DNA of 64,000 nucleotides, from the NCBI GenBank assembly GCA_963575745.1, contig CAUYUJ010000137.1:434001-498000 (forward strand), given 5' to 3'. Below are positions 49,076-61,629 of this stretch, one piece after another. How positions within the stretch are numbered: the first letter of the stretch is position 1; each line of letters begins with the position of its first letter. The notes below the pieces were generated by a model, which searched no databases, was not told the origin of the DNA, and saw nothing but the letters and a program-made list of their open reading frames with translations. A program made the position numbers and the translations under genes. The stretch comes from Prorocentrum cordatum (lineage: Eukaryota).

Positions 49076-49598
49076 CATGTCACGAGTTGAATAGCTCACT
49101 GCTTCGGGTCAACGCTTGCGAACATGCGTATGTGTGTAGTTATGTATACATACACAGCGAGACTTAGAGAGAGAGAGAAGAGAGAGAGAGAGAGACAGCA
49201 AGAGAAGGAGGAGGAGGAGGAAATCGACCGGGGGAGGTAGACGGAATAGGGGGCGAGGCGTGGAGAGAGGAAGAGCTAGAGGATGAGGCGCGTTTGAGGA
49301 GGGATGTGAACTAATGTTAGATAGTACCTCTCCAAGTCTGCCAGGAAGGCAAGGATGCGAAGGCGAAACAGCATTGGGAGAACAATGTGCACACACTGTG
49401 CTGGACGGCGAGCGAAGAGGCCCACAATGACAAGACAGAACATGCAAGCCTCGATAAGACTTGCTGCGGGTGACCCTTACTCACTGCAGCTGTGTCACTC
49501 GTGCCTCTGCGTGTTCGTCCTGATCCCCTGACCTTTCACTTTGCCCGCGAAATGACTGCTTCTCCAGCACAAGCGGCCACCCAGAAGGAGGGAGAGTC

Positions 49599-49637
49599 CA
49601 CGGTCGTGTGGTTGATCATCGACATGGAGAACTCATC
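49599..49637 (-). CDS. UTP11: UTP11 exon b (DEFSMSMINHTTV)
   Basis: cag|GATGAG acceptor, 39 nt, GA donor; completes the N-x-DEF motif. Confidence 0.85.
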
Positions 49638-50647
49638 CTGCGATTGAACGGACGTGGTGAAAGTGGCTTGATGAACAGTGCATGCCCACAGTGGCTCCCA
49701 GGCAATTTCAACATGAAGAGATCGTTGCTAGCACACAACACGACAACTTTAGACAAGGCAACTACGACAAGAAAACCGAACTCAATCATCACGGAATCGA
49801 CGGCGACATCGTCCTGTACGTGTACATAGATGAGTGCTCGCCTTTGGGGACCTACATTGTAGGAATCTGGGGTGGGGCAGTGCACAATGTTCGGGGGATG
49901 GAGGATTGCCCAGCACAAAGGGTGCTCAAGGCTTTAGAAAGGATTGGAGGAGGGCAGAGGGGGACGAGAACGTCGAAAACGAGGTCGACCAGGATGGGGA
50001 GTATCAACCAAAGCGAACTCCAAAATGCGACACGTACGTTTTTCAAAGCCAATCGAACAAAGGCCCTCCCACGATCTCTCGATCCACGGCAGAGGAAGAG
50101 AACGGTGGGAACGAAGGAATGCGGAATGGATGGATGGATAAATTAGGAGCTGCGAAGAGGGGTGGCAGTCAATCGGGTGGCACTCAAGAAGAGAAGCGAA
50201 GCGCACATTGAACTGTGGGGATGTGTCAAGAGCAGAAGGTGATCTCTTCTTACAACTTCTGACAGAGACCATGCAACGAATCACCTCATCATAGCATTCC
50301 TTTTTCTTTAAAAAATGAATTGAAGAACAGGGAAGCGGGAGTGGTACGGAGAGAGGACAGGATGGCATACAGAAAAGGATATAGATGTATGGTTGTACAT
50401 GTCTACATACGCACCTACAGAAAGGTCAAGGAATGAAAACAAAAAAACAACGTGGTCTACGCATATAAAAGGAATTGAAGCAGGACCGGCTGCACAAAAC
50501 AGTACGATGGCACACAACACGCGTACAGCTTCATAGGTGGGCGCGGAAAGAAGGAGACAGCATCAAACAAGGAGACAGTATCGCGACACGAGGGTGGGAA
50601 GAGGCCACGCCGACAAAGAGAGGAACGGCGAAGTAGCAGGAGGGATC

Positions 50648-50695
50648 CTCGTTCTTGAAAAACGCCTTGCGCTGCAACTTCTTGATCCCGTCTTC
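50648..50695 (-). CDS. UTP11: UTP11 exon a (EDGIKKLQRKAFFKNE)
   Basis: gag|GAAGAC acceptor, 48 nt, GA donor (GAG|GATCCC); Utp11 KxLxxKAxxKNx motif. Confidence 0.85.
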
Positions 50696-51816
50696 CTCGC
50701 ACCAACGCCCCGTCTTCCCCACACCGTAAGCACGCAATGCAGCCCTGTATGATGATCCTTCGAAGGGCTCATAATTCAGACCCCCTGGTAATCGTCAAAG
50801 GCGCATGCAACAGCGCTGGCTTGAGCATCGTCGCCGTGGAACTGGCACTCCTAGAAACAATGATAGAGCATCGCCCCACCGCTGCCCATTCGAGCTGTGT
50901 AACCGAAGCGCACCCTCGTCGCTGGCACCCTGTTTCTTGTCGAGGGTGGCCTTAATTGGGCGAGCAACGACATATGTACATGTACGCCCTCCGCGGTCTT
51001 GCCTGCACGAACGTCCGCGTTGACACGCACTCCAGGGGAAGCTAACCGCGTACGTGTACATATGTTAATGGCCTCTGATTAATGCTCAAACTGCGACCCT
51101 TCCTCCCGACTACAACGACACGGGCTCCTGCTCCATATCTCCTCACACGTTTCTCGGGAATCGCGCTCCGGTCTGAGCCTGCCTGGCGACTACTCTCAAC
51201 GTGTTGAAGGATCGCGCGCTCGCCTACCAGGAATCCCGATCTCGCCCCAGAACTCCACCCACAGATTGAGGAAAGCTGCCTCGCCTGGGACTCCCATACA
51301 ACTCACTCAAAATCACGCGCTCGCTTGGAACTCCTCGCTCAGTCTACGTCTCGCTCTCGCCAATCGGGAGTCGTGCGGTCGCTGGTTCGCTGGGCTGGGG
51401 GCCCATCCGCCCGCTTGCATGTCCCGCTGGCCCGACCTGCAAGACGAGCGCGCCCGACCCGAGCGTCGGGGCCCATCCGCCCGCCCCGCCCGTCCCACCC
51501 ACTCGTTGGAACGCCCGCCCGTCCGCTGTCAGGTCCCGCACAGCCCGCTCGGCCCGCCAAGAGCCGCCCGTACGACCCACCCGTGAAGGGCCGCCCGCCC
51601 GTCATACCCTGTCGGGGCTTAGCCGGGAGCTGGCACGAAGGAGAACTCTCGCCCTCACAAGCCCTGGGGGCGAGTACAAGAGGCAGGGGGGGAAGGCGTA
51701 CGAGGATCGAAGCGCGCTGTGGACGGTCGTTTCACCGCTTTGCCAACGCTCCTCTGGCGTGCACGGCCCAATTCTCTCTCGTTATGGAAGCCGCCCAAGT
51801 GAGGCCCGAGTAGACA

Positions 51817-51945
51817 GGGTCGGAGGATCGCGCCGCATCGCCGATGTATCGGCGACGCATCGGCGATGCATCGGCGACGCCGACGTGGAGAAACATCGAG
51901 CTCAACATCGAGCTGCATCGACGATTCGGCGAGATCCTCCGACCC
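51817..51945. repeat. CpG-rich MITE-like element (TIR GGGTCGGAGGATC)
   Basis: 13-bp terminal inverted repeat with interior CGCCGATG(C/T)ATCGGCG palindromes; relatives at ~44487-44600, ~62980 and ~63318-63527. Confidence 0.7.
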
Positions 51946-53327
51946 CGTGTGCCCAGGCCCCACGTAGGCGGCCAATGGGAACAGCGCCGATCCAAGAAAT
52001 CCGCGCGGGCATCCAAACGAACATACCCCACGCTGTGCGTGCACTTCGGGATTCTTACTCTGTTTGCTTCAGGAACTGAAGGGGTATGTTGGATGCTCGC
52101 CACGCTGCGGGCCCGTGCCGCATCGTGGGCGCATCGTGGGCACCGCGCGCCTGGAGGGCATGCTGGGTGTTCACCCCGTTGCGGGCCCGTGCCGCCTTGT
52201 GGGCGCCTCGTGGGCGACCCTGGCTTGGGGGACATGTTGGGTGTTCGCCACGCTGCGGGCCCGTGCCGCCTCGTGGGCGCCTCGTGGGCGCCGCGCGCTT
52301 GGGGGGCATGCGGAGCTTTCGCCACATTGCCGGCCGGTGCCGCCTCGAGGGCGCCCCGCGCTTGGGGGCTAGGCTGGTGTTCGACAGGTGGCCGCTCGTG
52401 GGCGCCTCGTGGGCGTCTCCTGGGCGGCCCGTGGCCTGTCTGAGCCTGTGCGGCATAGCTTCCACCACGCAGCTTAAACCACAGAGCTTGCGCCGCACAT
52501 CGCACACCACGCAGCTTACACCCCTTAGCTTTAACCTCCAGTGCAAGCCGGCTAGTTTATACGCCTTAACTCACATCACATCCTCCACAGCTCACACCAC
52601 CTAGCTCACACGGTTACACGACGTGGCTCCCATCACATAGCTTACACCGCAGAGCTTTCACCTCCCCAATGCAATAACGCACTGGTTGGGGTTCACGTTG
52701 TCTAACATGTTCATGCCGACCAAGATGTCTTAGTCGAACTCAAGGTATTATCTGTATCCCTCTCTCTCTCGCTCTGTCTCGCTTTCTCACACACTCTCTC
52801 TCTCTGTCTTTCTCTGTCTCTGGTATAGGACGTTGAAGGAATAGCGCCGTCCTCCGCTCACGGATGCCCCTGGACGCCCGCTGCGGGCTATCGCGGGCCC
52901 TCTATGGGGATTCATTCTGGCCGTGACCCCCCCGAGGACTGTCGAGCCGCGGCTGGAAGTACGGGCCCCCGACAGGGTGCAAGGTGGCCTGTGAGACTCG
53001 ACCTGGGCCCCCCTTTGGTACCTTCCTCTTTGTCTTCCGCCGCTGACGCTCCGAAACGTACAACAGCCATCTGCCGGCACTCCTCCGTGTTCCCGTTCTG
53101 TCCCTTCTCCTGTTCCTCCTCCTCCTCCTCCTCCTCCTCCTCCTCCTCCTCCTCCTCCGCCCACCTCCTCCTCCTCCTCCGCCCACCTCCGCCACGACGA
53201 TCAATCGCACGCAGACGCAGGAGGTTCCCAACGCCGGGTCCACACATGGGGCCAAATCCAACAGGGCAGCTGACCCTCCGCTCGCGGATGCCCTCGGGCG
53301 CCCAGGGCGGGCCTTCGCAAGCTGGCC

Positions 53328-53494
53328 TTAGGTCGGGCGTGTCCCCCTGCTGGCGGATGTTGGACGAAAACTTTAAAATAACAGAAAAAAAGCTCAAAAA
53401 TGTTCCCAAAAAAGGATACCCCAAAAAATCGTCCCCGTACGATGCTTGGACTAGTTGGGGACGTTCCTCCTGTGGAGGGACACGCCCGACTTAA
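53328..53494. mobile_element. MITE family A copy
   Basis: Same TIRs; flanks AGCTGGCC / GGCTGGCC. Partial copies also at ~330-476, ~37368-37470 and ~44610-44760. Confidence 0.82.
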
Positions 53495-54107
53495 GGCTGG
53501 CCCCCACGCGGTGGCTCACGCGAGCCGCGCACGCGGCACGCTGCGCGGGGAGGAGGGCGCTGTCGCGCGCCACCCTGCGGGGGCAGCCTGTGCGCGCCTG
53601 TCCCCGCCGTCGACCTCGCTTCGCCTCGTCGCTCAGATGGCCCCGAAGGCGCGACCAGGACGACAACGAGGATAACGAGCAAGAGGACCATGAGATGGAG
53701 GAGGAGGAGGAGGAGATGGAGGAGGAGATGGAGGAGGAGGGCGAGCCGAGGGGTCTCCCTTCCTTTCCTGTGGCGGCGCATCCGAGGGGGAGGCGTGAGA
53801 GGGGGCAGGCCTTCTCAGGAGGCCACGGAGCTTCTTGGGAAGCCCTCGCGCCTTCCGTGAAGGCTGCTGCGCCTCCTCCGAAGACATACGAACTGAGCTT
53901 CTGGGGAGGCAGGAGGCCTTCCGAGAAGCCCCGCCGCATTCTGAGAAAGCCTGCCACCGCTCACTGCACCCCCCGGGCGCGCCGCCGATGCTCTGCTCGC
54001 CTCTCGCGCCTGGAGCGCCGTCAAAGTCGCGGCCGGCGGCGCCAGCCCACCCGTGCCGGAGCGCGGCGCCCGTGCGGGAGCAAGGGGAGGAGCGGAGGTG
54101 TGAACCA

Positions 54108-54285
54108 TGTAAGTCACGGCCGGTGTGCAGAGAGCATAGAGAGCTTGTCTCGTCTTCGCTAGGTTTGCCTGTTGTGCATAGCGTAATATATGCAGCCATG
54201 CTGGAGCATGCTACGGCCGTAGCTAGAGGACTGTAAAAACAGTGCATCGCCGTGACCGGCGCTTCGAGAAAGTACTGACATCACA
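54108..54285 (+). repeat. 5' LTR of element 2
   Basis: Direct repeat of 61452-61629; TG...CA termini. Confidence 0.93.
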
Positions 54286-54287
54286 TC

Positions 54288-54299
54288 TGGTGGCGGAGC
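54288..54299 (+). promoter_or_regulatory. Primer-binding site of element 2 (TGGTGGCGGAGC)
   Basis: Starts 2 nt after the LTR; 11/12 identical to the element 1 PBS. Confidence 0.7.
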
Positions 54300-54330
54300 C
54301 GTGGCTCCGAGAGCCGAGGCTTGGCACGCA

Positions 54331-56015
54331 ATGGCTGGATCCTCCGGAGCCCCCGCCCTGCGCACAGACGTGGCCATCCCGACATGGAACGGGAAGGCCG
54401 AGACGTTGGAGGACTATGCCATTGCGGTGGAGCTGCTCACGTTGGGCTCCTCCAAAGAGGTGAGGCCACTGCTGGAACCCAGGCTCGCGGCCACCTTGCC
54501 GCAGGGGTCTGCCAAGCAGCGCTTCGCCCTACGACTGCCTCGGGAAGCTGGCCTGGATCTGGACGGAGCCCCACTCGAGCCGAAGTCGATTGCCACAGCG
54601 GACGGCCCCAACAACCTGATAGAAGCGTTCAAGAGGGAGCTGGGAACTCAGGTGGTGTCCGACATCGGCGAAAAGACGGACGCGTACTTCTACGCAGGCC
54701 AGGGTCGGAGTGCACTGACACGGCGTTTGGGACAGAGCATGCCACAGTGGATCGAGACGGGGGAGGAAGCTTACGATCAACTCCAACGGGCATACAAGCT
54801 GCTGGTGCCGGATGTGGGAGACATCTTGCCCAGTGCCGTGCGGGGTGTCCTCCTCTGGCGCAACAGCAATCTCGATCCCTCGGAGAGAGCCGTGGTGAGC
54901 AGCACTATCCAGGGAGACTGGAAGCTTGAGAATGTGAGGAGACGCCTGCGAGACGCGTGGGCAGAGAACGACCTGGCCGTGCGAGACAAAAACAAAAAGC
55001 AGAACAATCAACGCGCAGCTCACTACACGGATGAGGCCCTCGGGCAGAACGACGAGCACGGAACCGACCTCGAGCTGCCGCCGGATGAGTACGCACATGC
55101 AGACGAGGACGTTGCGGCACTGGAGGAGCACGAGGCCCTGGCCGCGCAGGAGGCGGATGCAGTGAACCGCACCTGGGAGCAGGCCAGGACGCTGCTCTGC
55201 GACGTCTCCCGGGCCCGCGGCTACTACCCGGTCTCGGGCCTGGCCGCGCTGCCTCCGGCACAGAAGGGCGCGGGCAAGGGCGCGCGGGGGGGGCCCAAGG
55301 GTCGAGGCCGTGGCGACAAGGGTGCGCCGTCCCCCCCGAGAGCCCCAGCCGGCCCGGCACGCGATCGACCAGGGCGACTACGGCAGGGCCGCGGCGCGGG
55401 CATGAGGTGTCTCCTCCGCCAGCAGCTGGGACACAAAGCTGTGGATGGCCCCTCCAGAGACCAGACAGGGGGGCAGTGGCAACGGGAACATGAACATCGG
55501 CTACGAGGAGGCGGTCGAGGAGGCCGCGGACAAGGCCACCGTTTCCTGCGTGTCCTACTGGGAGAGCGACGACGGGTGGGTCCTGGCCATCCCGCTGAAC
55601 ACTGCGCTGGGCCTGGCCAACCTCTGGGGCTACGCGATCGTGGACAGCGGGGCCACAAAGTCCATGAGTGGCATGGCCCTCTTCGAGTACGCCCGGGAGC
55701 AGATCTACGACACGTACGGCCAGGACCTGACGGAGAACACGAAGGAGTGGACTCACTTCACCTACGCCAGCAACACGACGGGCATGAGCGTCGGCAGAGG
55801 AGGGATCCCTCACATGTTGGGACTACGAGACCAGGGAGGTAAGCTCTGGTCCTGGTTCTCCCTCGTGCCCTCCCAGGGCCCGATGTTGCTGGGCCTGGAC
55901 TGCCTGAGGGAGGCAGAGGCGAACGTGACGCAAGATGGCTACCTGGAGTTTTCGGACGGTCACCGGGAGAGGCTCGAGCCGCTGCGCTCCGGCCACTGGG
56001 GCCTCCCGCTCCTCT
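54331..56015 (+). pseudogene. gag: Element 2 gag plus protease (frameshifted)
   Basis: IPTWNGKAETLEDY, RRLGQSMPQW, RARGYYP and a degenerate knuckle CLLRQQLGHKAVDGP; shifts near the G-run at ~55470 into the frame carrying YAIVDSGAT, LLGLD and SGHW. Confidence 0.85.
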
Positions 56016-57276
56016 ATAGGGACAGCGACAGCACCCGGATAGCGCGGCGCCAGGTGAGAGTACCGGCATCCCCGAGGGAGCAGAAAATCCGCCATCAGCC
56101 TCTGCCATCGTCCTGGTTGCTACGGTTACCTCGACGGGTGACCCAGCAGACTCATCACCACCACCATCTCCATCGTCGACCTCAGGAGCGAGTGCGTCTC
56201 GACCGATGCCGACCAAAGCGAGCACACGTCCGAGCACATCGACACAGACACTGAGAGCGACTTCGACACGAGCGAGCACTCTACCGAGTCAAACAGCAGC
56301 GCGATCGAGGACCCCATCGAGTCAAACGGCCATGCGATCAAAACTACGGGGCACAGCGATGCTACTACGAACCATGGGTCCATCCTCGTGTCCGTCGCCA
56401 TGTGGGCTCGAGAACAGGAAGAGGCTTCAGAGCCTATCCTATCCACATGCCGAAGGGCCAAAGCCAACCCCGAGGAGAGCGACTCGGAATGGGAGAAGCT
56501 GGGCATGGCCCCGCCCGCCGAGGAGGCGCCCTCCTCCTCAGCCGGACACGTCTGCTCACGGCCACCTGTCTCGCTGCACCCTGGATCCACCAGGCCGAGC
56601 ACGAGCACGGAGTCGCTGCCGACGGTGGAGGCAGTCCCTGCATCGGGGAGTACGACCCACCGCCCGAGGAGCTGTACCACGACGCGCTGGAGCAGGCCAG
56701 CGACCTCCTGGCGGACGCGGACCCCCAGGCGAACCCCGAGCAGGTGGCCCACGTCTGCAAGGAGATGGCTCGGTCGGCTGTGTACGAGGAGGCGGCGCTT
56801 CGGTCGAGGCTCGGCAGTCTCACGGGCCGGTGGGCAGAGCTGGCCGGGAGTGCATGCGCCCCCACAGCGACCGAGCGGCCGAGTACTTGAAGAGCGTGGC
56901 CCCTCCGGAGACCCGCCCGGTCCCTCAGGTGCAGAACAGTCGCCGCCGCTTCGCCGAGGGGGACGGCGAGCCCTCCTACGCAATACAGGAGGGATCCCGG
57001 CCACCACTGGCATCGCATGGTGGCCCTCGCTCAAGACAGAAAGAAATGGAGTTCCCGTGGGCACATCCTCAACTACAACCAGAACGGTCTCCCGAAGTCA
57101 GTGGATGGACCGGCGAGGGGGCTGGGGAACTACCTGGGCTGGTGGGGCTGGCGAGAGATCCGACCCTACTGGTAAAGGCTCAGAGCGTCGCAGAGAGGCG
57201 TGCGGTGGCTGCCCAGCTGCAGGGCTACCAGGCGGAGCTGAAGGACAACATGCTGGCCGTACTGAGGCCCTCGCAG

Positions 57277-57880
57277 CTGGATCTTCTCGAGATCGGGTGC
57301 CCAGAGGACTCATCCCTGGGTCAGGCCATGGAGAAGGGGGGCGGCACCGTCTACCGCATGGAACAAGTACGACTTCCAGAAGGCCAGCACGGTGACCCGG
57401 GCCAAGGCGCTCATCGAGGCCAGGAGGCCCCGGCGGGTCCACATCTCCCCGCCATGCACGCCCTTCTCTATCCCGCAGGCCCTGAACCAGAGGAGTGACC
57501 ACCAGATCACGAGCCTGAAGAAGAAGATAGCCTGGGGCACCAAACTCATGAACAACAAAATCGAGGTCGGCCTGCACGCGCTGCGTCTGGGGTGCGAGCT
57601 GAGTCTCGAGCAGCCCGCGAACGCCACCAGTTGGAGGACCGTGCAGTCGCTGATGAATCTTCGGAAGCGGCTGTACGAGGTCACCACAGCAGGTTGCGCC
57701 TGGGGCATGCGGGACAGTGAGACGGGCCAGGCCGTATACAAGAACTGGAGGTTCCTGGTGTCCAACCAGCGGGCAGCTGAGATCCTTGAGCGGAAGTGCC
57801 CTCGCGATGACGTGCATCGGCAGATGGAAGGGTCCGACTCCGCCAACTACCCGGACGCCCTGTGCCGAGCTCTCAGCCGG
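57277..57880 (+). pseudogene. C5 cytosine methyltransferase-like domain of element 2
   Basis: LLEIGC (motif I position, in a different frame), HISPPCTPFS (PPC at 57449-57457), LEQPANATSW, GCAWG, YKNW and YPDALCRAL; collinear with the element 1 domain. Confidence 0.72.
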
Positions 57881-58049
57881 GAAGTGCTGACCCATGCCCT
57901 GGTGTCCTGGATCACCGCTGGCGCGAGCGAGATCGAGGGATTCTGAAGGAGCTGACCGAGGGACACATCGAGCAGGCCGAGGTCATGGCCATCGAGAAGG
58001 ATACCGAGACGGAAGACCCGACTGACGAGTTGAGGAAGTCGGTGCGCCT

Positions 58050-61000
58050 CAAGCTCCACCGGCTACACTCGCAGCTGGGTCATCCTGGAGCCCGAGCGTT
58101 CAATCAGTTTCTACGACGACGCCAGGCTCCCAGCTGGGTACAACAGGAAGCCGAGAGCTGAAGTGCGCCGCCTGCGAACGCTTCCAGAAGCAGCCCATGC
58201 ATCCTACGGCATCGGGGAGACTGGCGGACCCACTGGACGTCCTCATGATGGACGGGTTCGACTGGGTCCATCCCTTGTCAGGGACCCGGGCGCGCGGCAC
58301 GCTCCTGGTGGACGAGGGCAGCGCGAAGGCGGTGGCCCGCGTGCACGCCACTCAACCGGATGGAGGCGGATGCGGCAACACCAACGCAGACGAGGCCTGG
58401 GACACCTTCGTGCGCTGTTGGGCTCAGTACTTCGGACGCCCGCTACGGATCCGCACCGACCCAGCAGGAGAGTACGAGGCCCACGTGAACAAGGAGAGGG
58501 TCGCCCAGCACGACATCCAGAGGGAGTCTGAGCCAGGAGGAGCGCACTGGAGGACGGGCAAGGTGGAGTCCATCATCATGCTGGTGAAGAACATGGCCAC
58601 GACGCTGGCCTACCTGGACCCGACGTGCAGCATCGACGAGCTCTTCACGTGGCCGGCGGCCGCCCACAACGAGATGCCGAATAGCTCAGGCTGCAGCCCG
58701 GACCAGATCGTCCTCGGACGCCGCCTAAGACCCCTGGACAGCGAGCTGATGGGATCGGTGGTCCCTTTACAGGAGGAGGCCCGCTCAGGGTCAGCCGCGG
58801 AGGAGGCCATGCGACGACGCCTCCTAGCCCGCTCGGCATATGCGGAGAGTCTGGCAGATCGCCAGGCCCGACTGACCGCGGTGAAGCGCACCCGGGCGCA
58901 CCAAGAGTACACCGTGGGCGACCAGGTACACGTTTGGCGCCAGGCGGGCAAGACGAACAGGGATGAGAGCAAGACGTCCAAGGGAGGCGACGTCGGGCCA
59001 GCGACGGTGCTCGCTCATCTACGGCAACCATTGGAGCAAGGACGCCTCCGGAACGTGGTGATACTGGCCTTTCGGGGACAGGTCCTTCGAGCCGCCCCAC
59101 AGCAGCTGCGCCTCATGTCCGACGCTGAGCGGACCCTGATCGAGCTGGACACGGAGACTCGGGGCCTTTTGCACCAGCGCACGGACCCGGCCCTGAAGAG
59201 ACTCTCCCGCGTGGTGGAAATCACCAGGGAAGGCGAGCCCGACTACGACCAGCTGGAGGATCCTGCCAACGCCGAGGAGCCACCCCCGGCGGTGGAGGTG
59301 AACATGGAGCCGGGTATGCCGCTGGACGAGGGCGTCTCCCGAGGTACAGAGACACCGCCACCAGATACCCCATGGAGGTCGGAGCCGGGGCAGGAGCAGC
59401 CGGTGAGCGAGCCCTCTCCAGAGCGTGGAGCCGAAGCACCTGAAGAAGACGGAGGAGCACCACCGCCGCCAGCGAGGCCCTACGACCCGAGAGACGACCT
59501 GGCCCGGCGCCGAAGAAGAGTCGCGAACAGTTCGGCATGGAGGACGTCCTGGCCTCCCTCTCAGACGAGTCCCCAGCCTACGAGGTGCACATCGACCTCC
59601 CCGATAAGGAGACCGACAAGAAGGCCTGGCGCAGGCTCGCACGGGACCCCTCGGCCTGCGCTGCCGCCGCCGTGAAGAAGGGCAGCCCGAAGGTGATCCT
59701 CTGGAAGCTGGACCACACCATGAGGGAGCAGACCCGTGCAGCCAAGAATGCGGAGATCAACAGCTTGCTAGCCAACCAGGTCACTACGGCGGTCAAGAGA
59801 GCGGACGCCGGACCCAGAGGACCGACGAGAATGCGCTGGCACCTGACGGTGAAGTCGGACGGGAAGGCCAAGGCCCGTATCGCGCTCCTGGGCTACGAGG
59901 ATCCGCGGCTGGGTCACATGAAGACGGCGAGCCCGACCGCGTCCGTCAGGGCGAGGAACCTCGCCTACCAGGTCTGTGCGAACGAGGGCCTGGGCGACGT
60001 GGAGGCGGCAGTCCTGCAGTCCCAGAGCTCCGACACCGGCATTCTTGTGGAGCCCGTCCGCGAGCTGCGCGAGGCCATGGACTTGCAGGAGGACGAGGTC
60101 GTGCTGATGCTCGAGAAAGCCTACGGCCTGTGCGACGCCCCGAAGGAGTGGTACGACGAGGTCGCCAGGCGCATGGCCGAGTCCGGCTGGGTCGCCATGA
60201 AGCTAGAGCCGTGCGTGTGGACTATGTACGACGAGGGCCGTCTGGTCGCAATAGTTTTCGTGCACGTGGACGACTTCGTGTTGGGCATTCGGGAGAACAA
60301 CGACGTGGCGAAGAAGAAGAACGAGGAGCTGCGCAACTACTGGCAGTGGGGCTCCTGGGAGACTGGGTGCTTCAGGCAGACGGGCGTGGAAGTGGTGCAG
60401 CTGTCCGATTTCTCCATCTCACTCTCCTTCGCCGCCGCCGCCGCGAAGGTGGAGATGATCGAGGGATGGAGCGGACGAGCGGGGCGAGCTGACGACGCCC
60501 TGCCGGCCCCGGGAATCACCGCGTGCAGAGCGGCCATTGGAGGCCTGCAGTACCTGGCATCACAGGGCCAGAGCCTCATCGCTGCAGGCACCAGCATACT
60601 TTCGTCATACACCAATACCGCGACGCGACATATGGGCTGGTCACGCGCATCAACAAGGTGATCCGCACGGCCCACCAGACCGCCCGCATACCAGTACGAT
60701 TTCGTGCAGTCAAGGACCCGATCTTCATCGCTTTCCACGACGTGGCCTGGGCCGTCAGGAAGGACGGGAAGTCGCAGGGAGGCTACATCATCGGGATGGG
60801 CGAGCGAGCGTTGCTACACGGAGAGAGCCAAGCCACATCCCCATTACAGGTCACCTCGAAGAAGCTCCAACGGGTGACCCGGTCGAGCCTGGTATGCGAG
60901 GTGCGGTCGGGGAACATGTGCCACGAGGACCTGACCTACATGCGCATGGCGTGGACGGAGTTGATGCAAGGCGGGGTTAACCTGAAGGACATCCAGGCTC

Positions 61001-61310
61001 ACTTCAGCTCACGCAGGCGACCATGGTCACCGAGGGCAAAGGTCTGTACGACGCACTGGCGCGCAGCGTGAGCACTGGTCTGGGCGCAGATGACCACCGC
61101 TCTGCACTCGAGGCGCTTGGCCTCCAACAAGCGATGGAGGAAGGAGCCACCGAGGCGCGATGGGTTCACTCAGAGGCCATGCCAGCCTACGGCCTGACCA
61201 AGGGATCGTGTGCATCTAGATCCGTGTTGGCGGACTTCTTGACGCGGGGCTACTGGCGTCCAGTACAGGACCCGACCTTCACCTCAGCCAAGAAGCGGCG
61301 TCAACAAGGT
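58050..61310 (+). pseudogene. pol: Element 2 integrase, RT and RNase H (several frameshifts)
   Basis: HSQLGH...CAAC, MMDGF, RTDPAGEY, GKVES; KAKARIALLG, YGLCDAP, VHVDDF; FHDVAW, RVTRSSLVCE, KGLYD and RWVHSEAMPAYGLTK. Confidence 0.9.
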
Positions 61311-61451
61311 CGCGAGGACATCCTGGACGACGTTTCTTCCCATCGGTCAGCCCCGACGATGACCTGGGCGACTTCGAGATACTGGCTGAGTATGACAACT
61401 ACTATGACGAATCGCAGTACGATAGCCACGACGACCTCCCCGTGTGGATCA

Positions 61452-61629
61452 TGTAAGACACGATAGGTGTGCAGAGAGTATAGAGAGCTTGTCTCGTCTT
61501 TGCTATGTTTGCCTGTTGTGCATAGCGTTATATATGCAGCCATGTTGGAGCATGCTACGGCCGTAGCTAGAGGACTGTAAAGACAGTGCATCGCCGTGAC
61601 CGGCGCTTCGAGAAAATACTGACATCACA
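61452..61629 (+). repeat. 3' LTR of element 2
   Basis: About 94% identical to 54108-54285. Confidence 0.93.

Larger units (their letters stand above)
54108..61629 (+). mobile_element. Decayed Ty1/copia-type LTR retrotransposon (element 2) carrying a DNMT-like domain
   Basis: 178-bp TG...CA LTRs with 11 differences by my count, PBS, gag, VDSGA protease, SPPC/EQP domain, HHCC-DDE integrase, HVDD RT and RNase H, broken by several frameshifts. Confidence 0.93.

Noticed and set aside
49570..49840. ISXO2/Merlin-like motifs on the + strand (VDHRHGE, YIDE)
   Set aside because: The motifs are in the wrong order and in different frames, and the first is the antisense of UTP11 exon b.
50777..50850. 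Possible exon ECQFHGDDAQASAVACAFDDYQGV* upstream of UTP11 exon a
   Set aside because: It has an AG acceptor but no recognisable homology or partner exon, so it cannot be supported.
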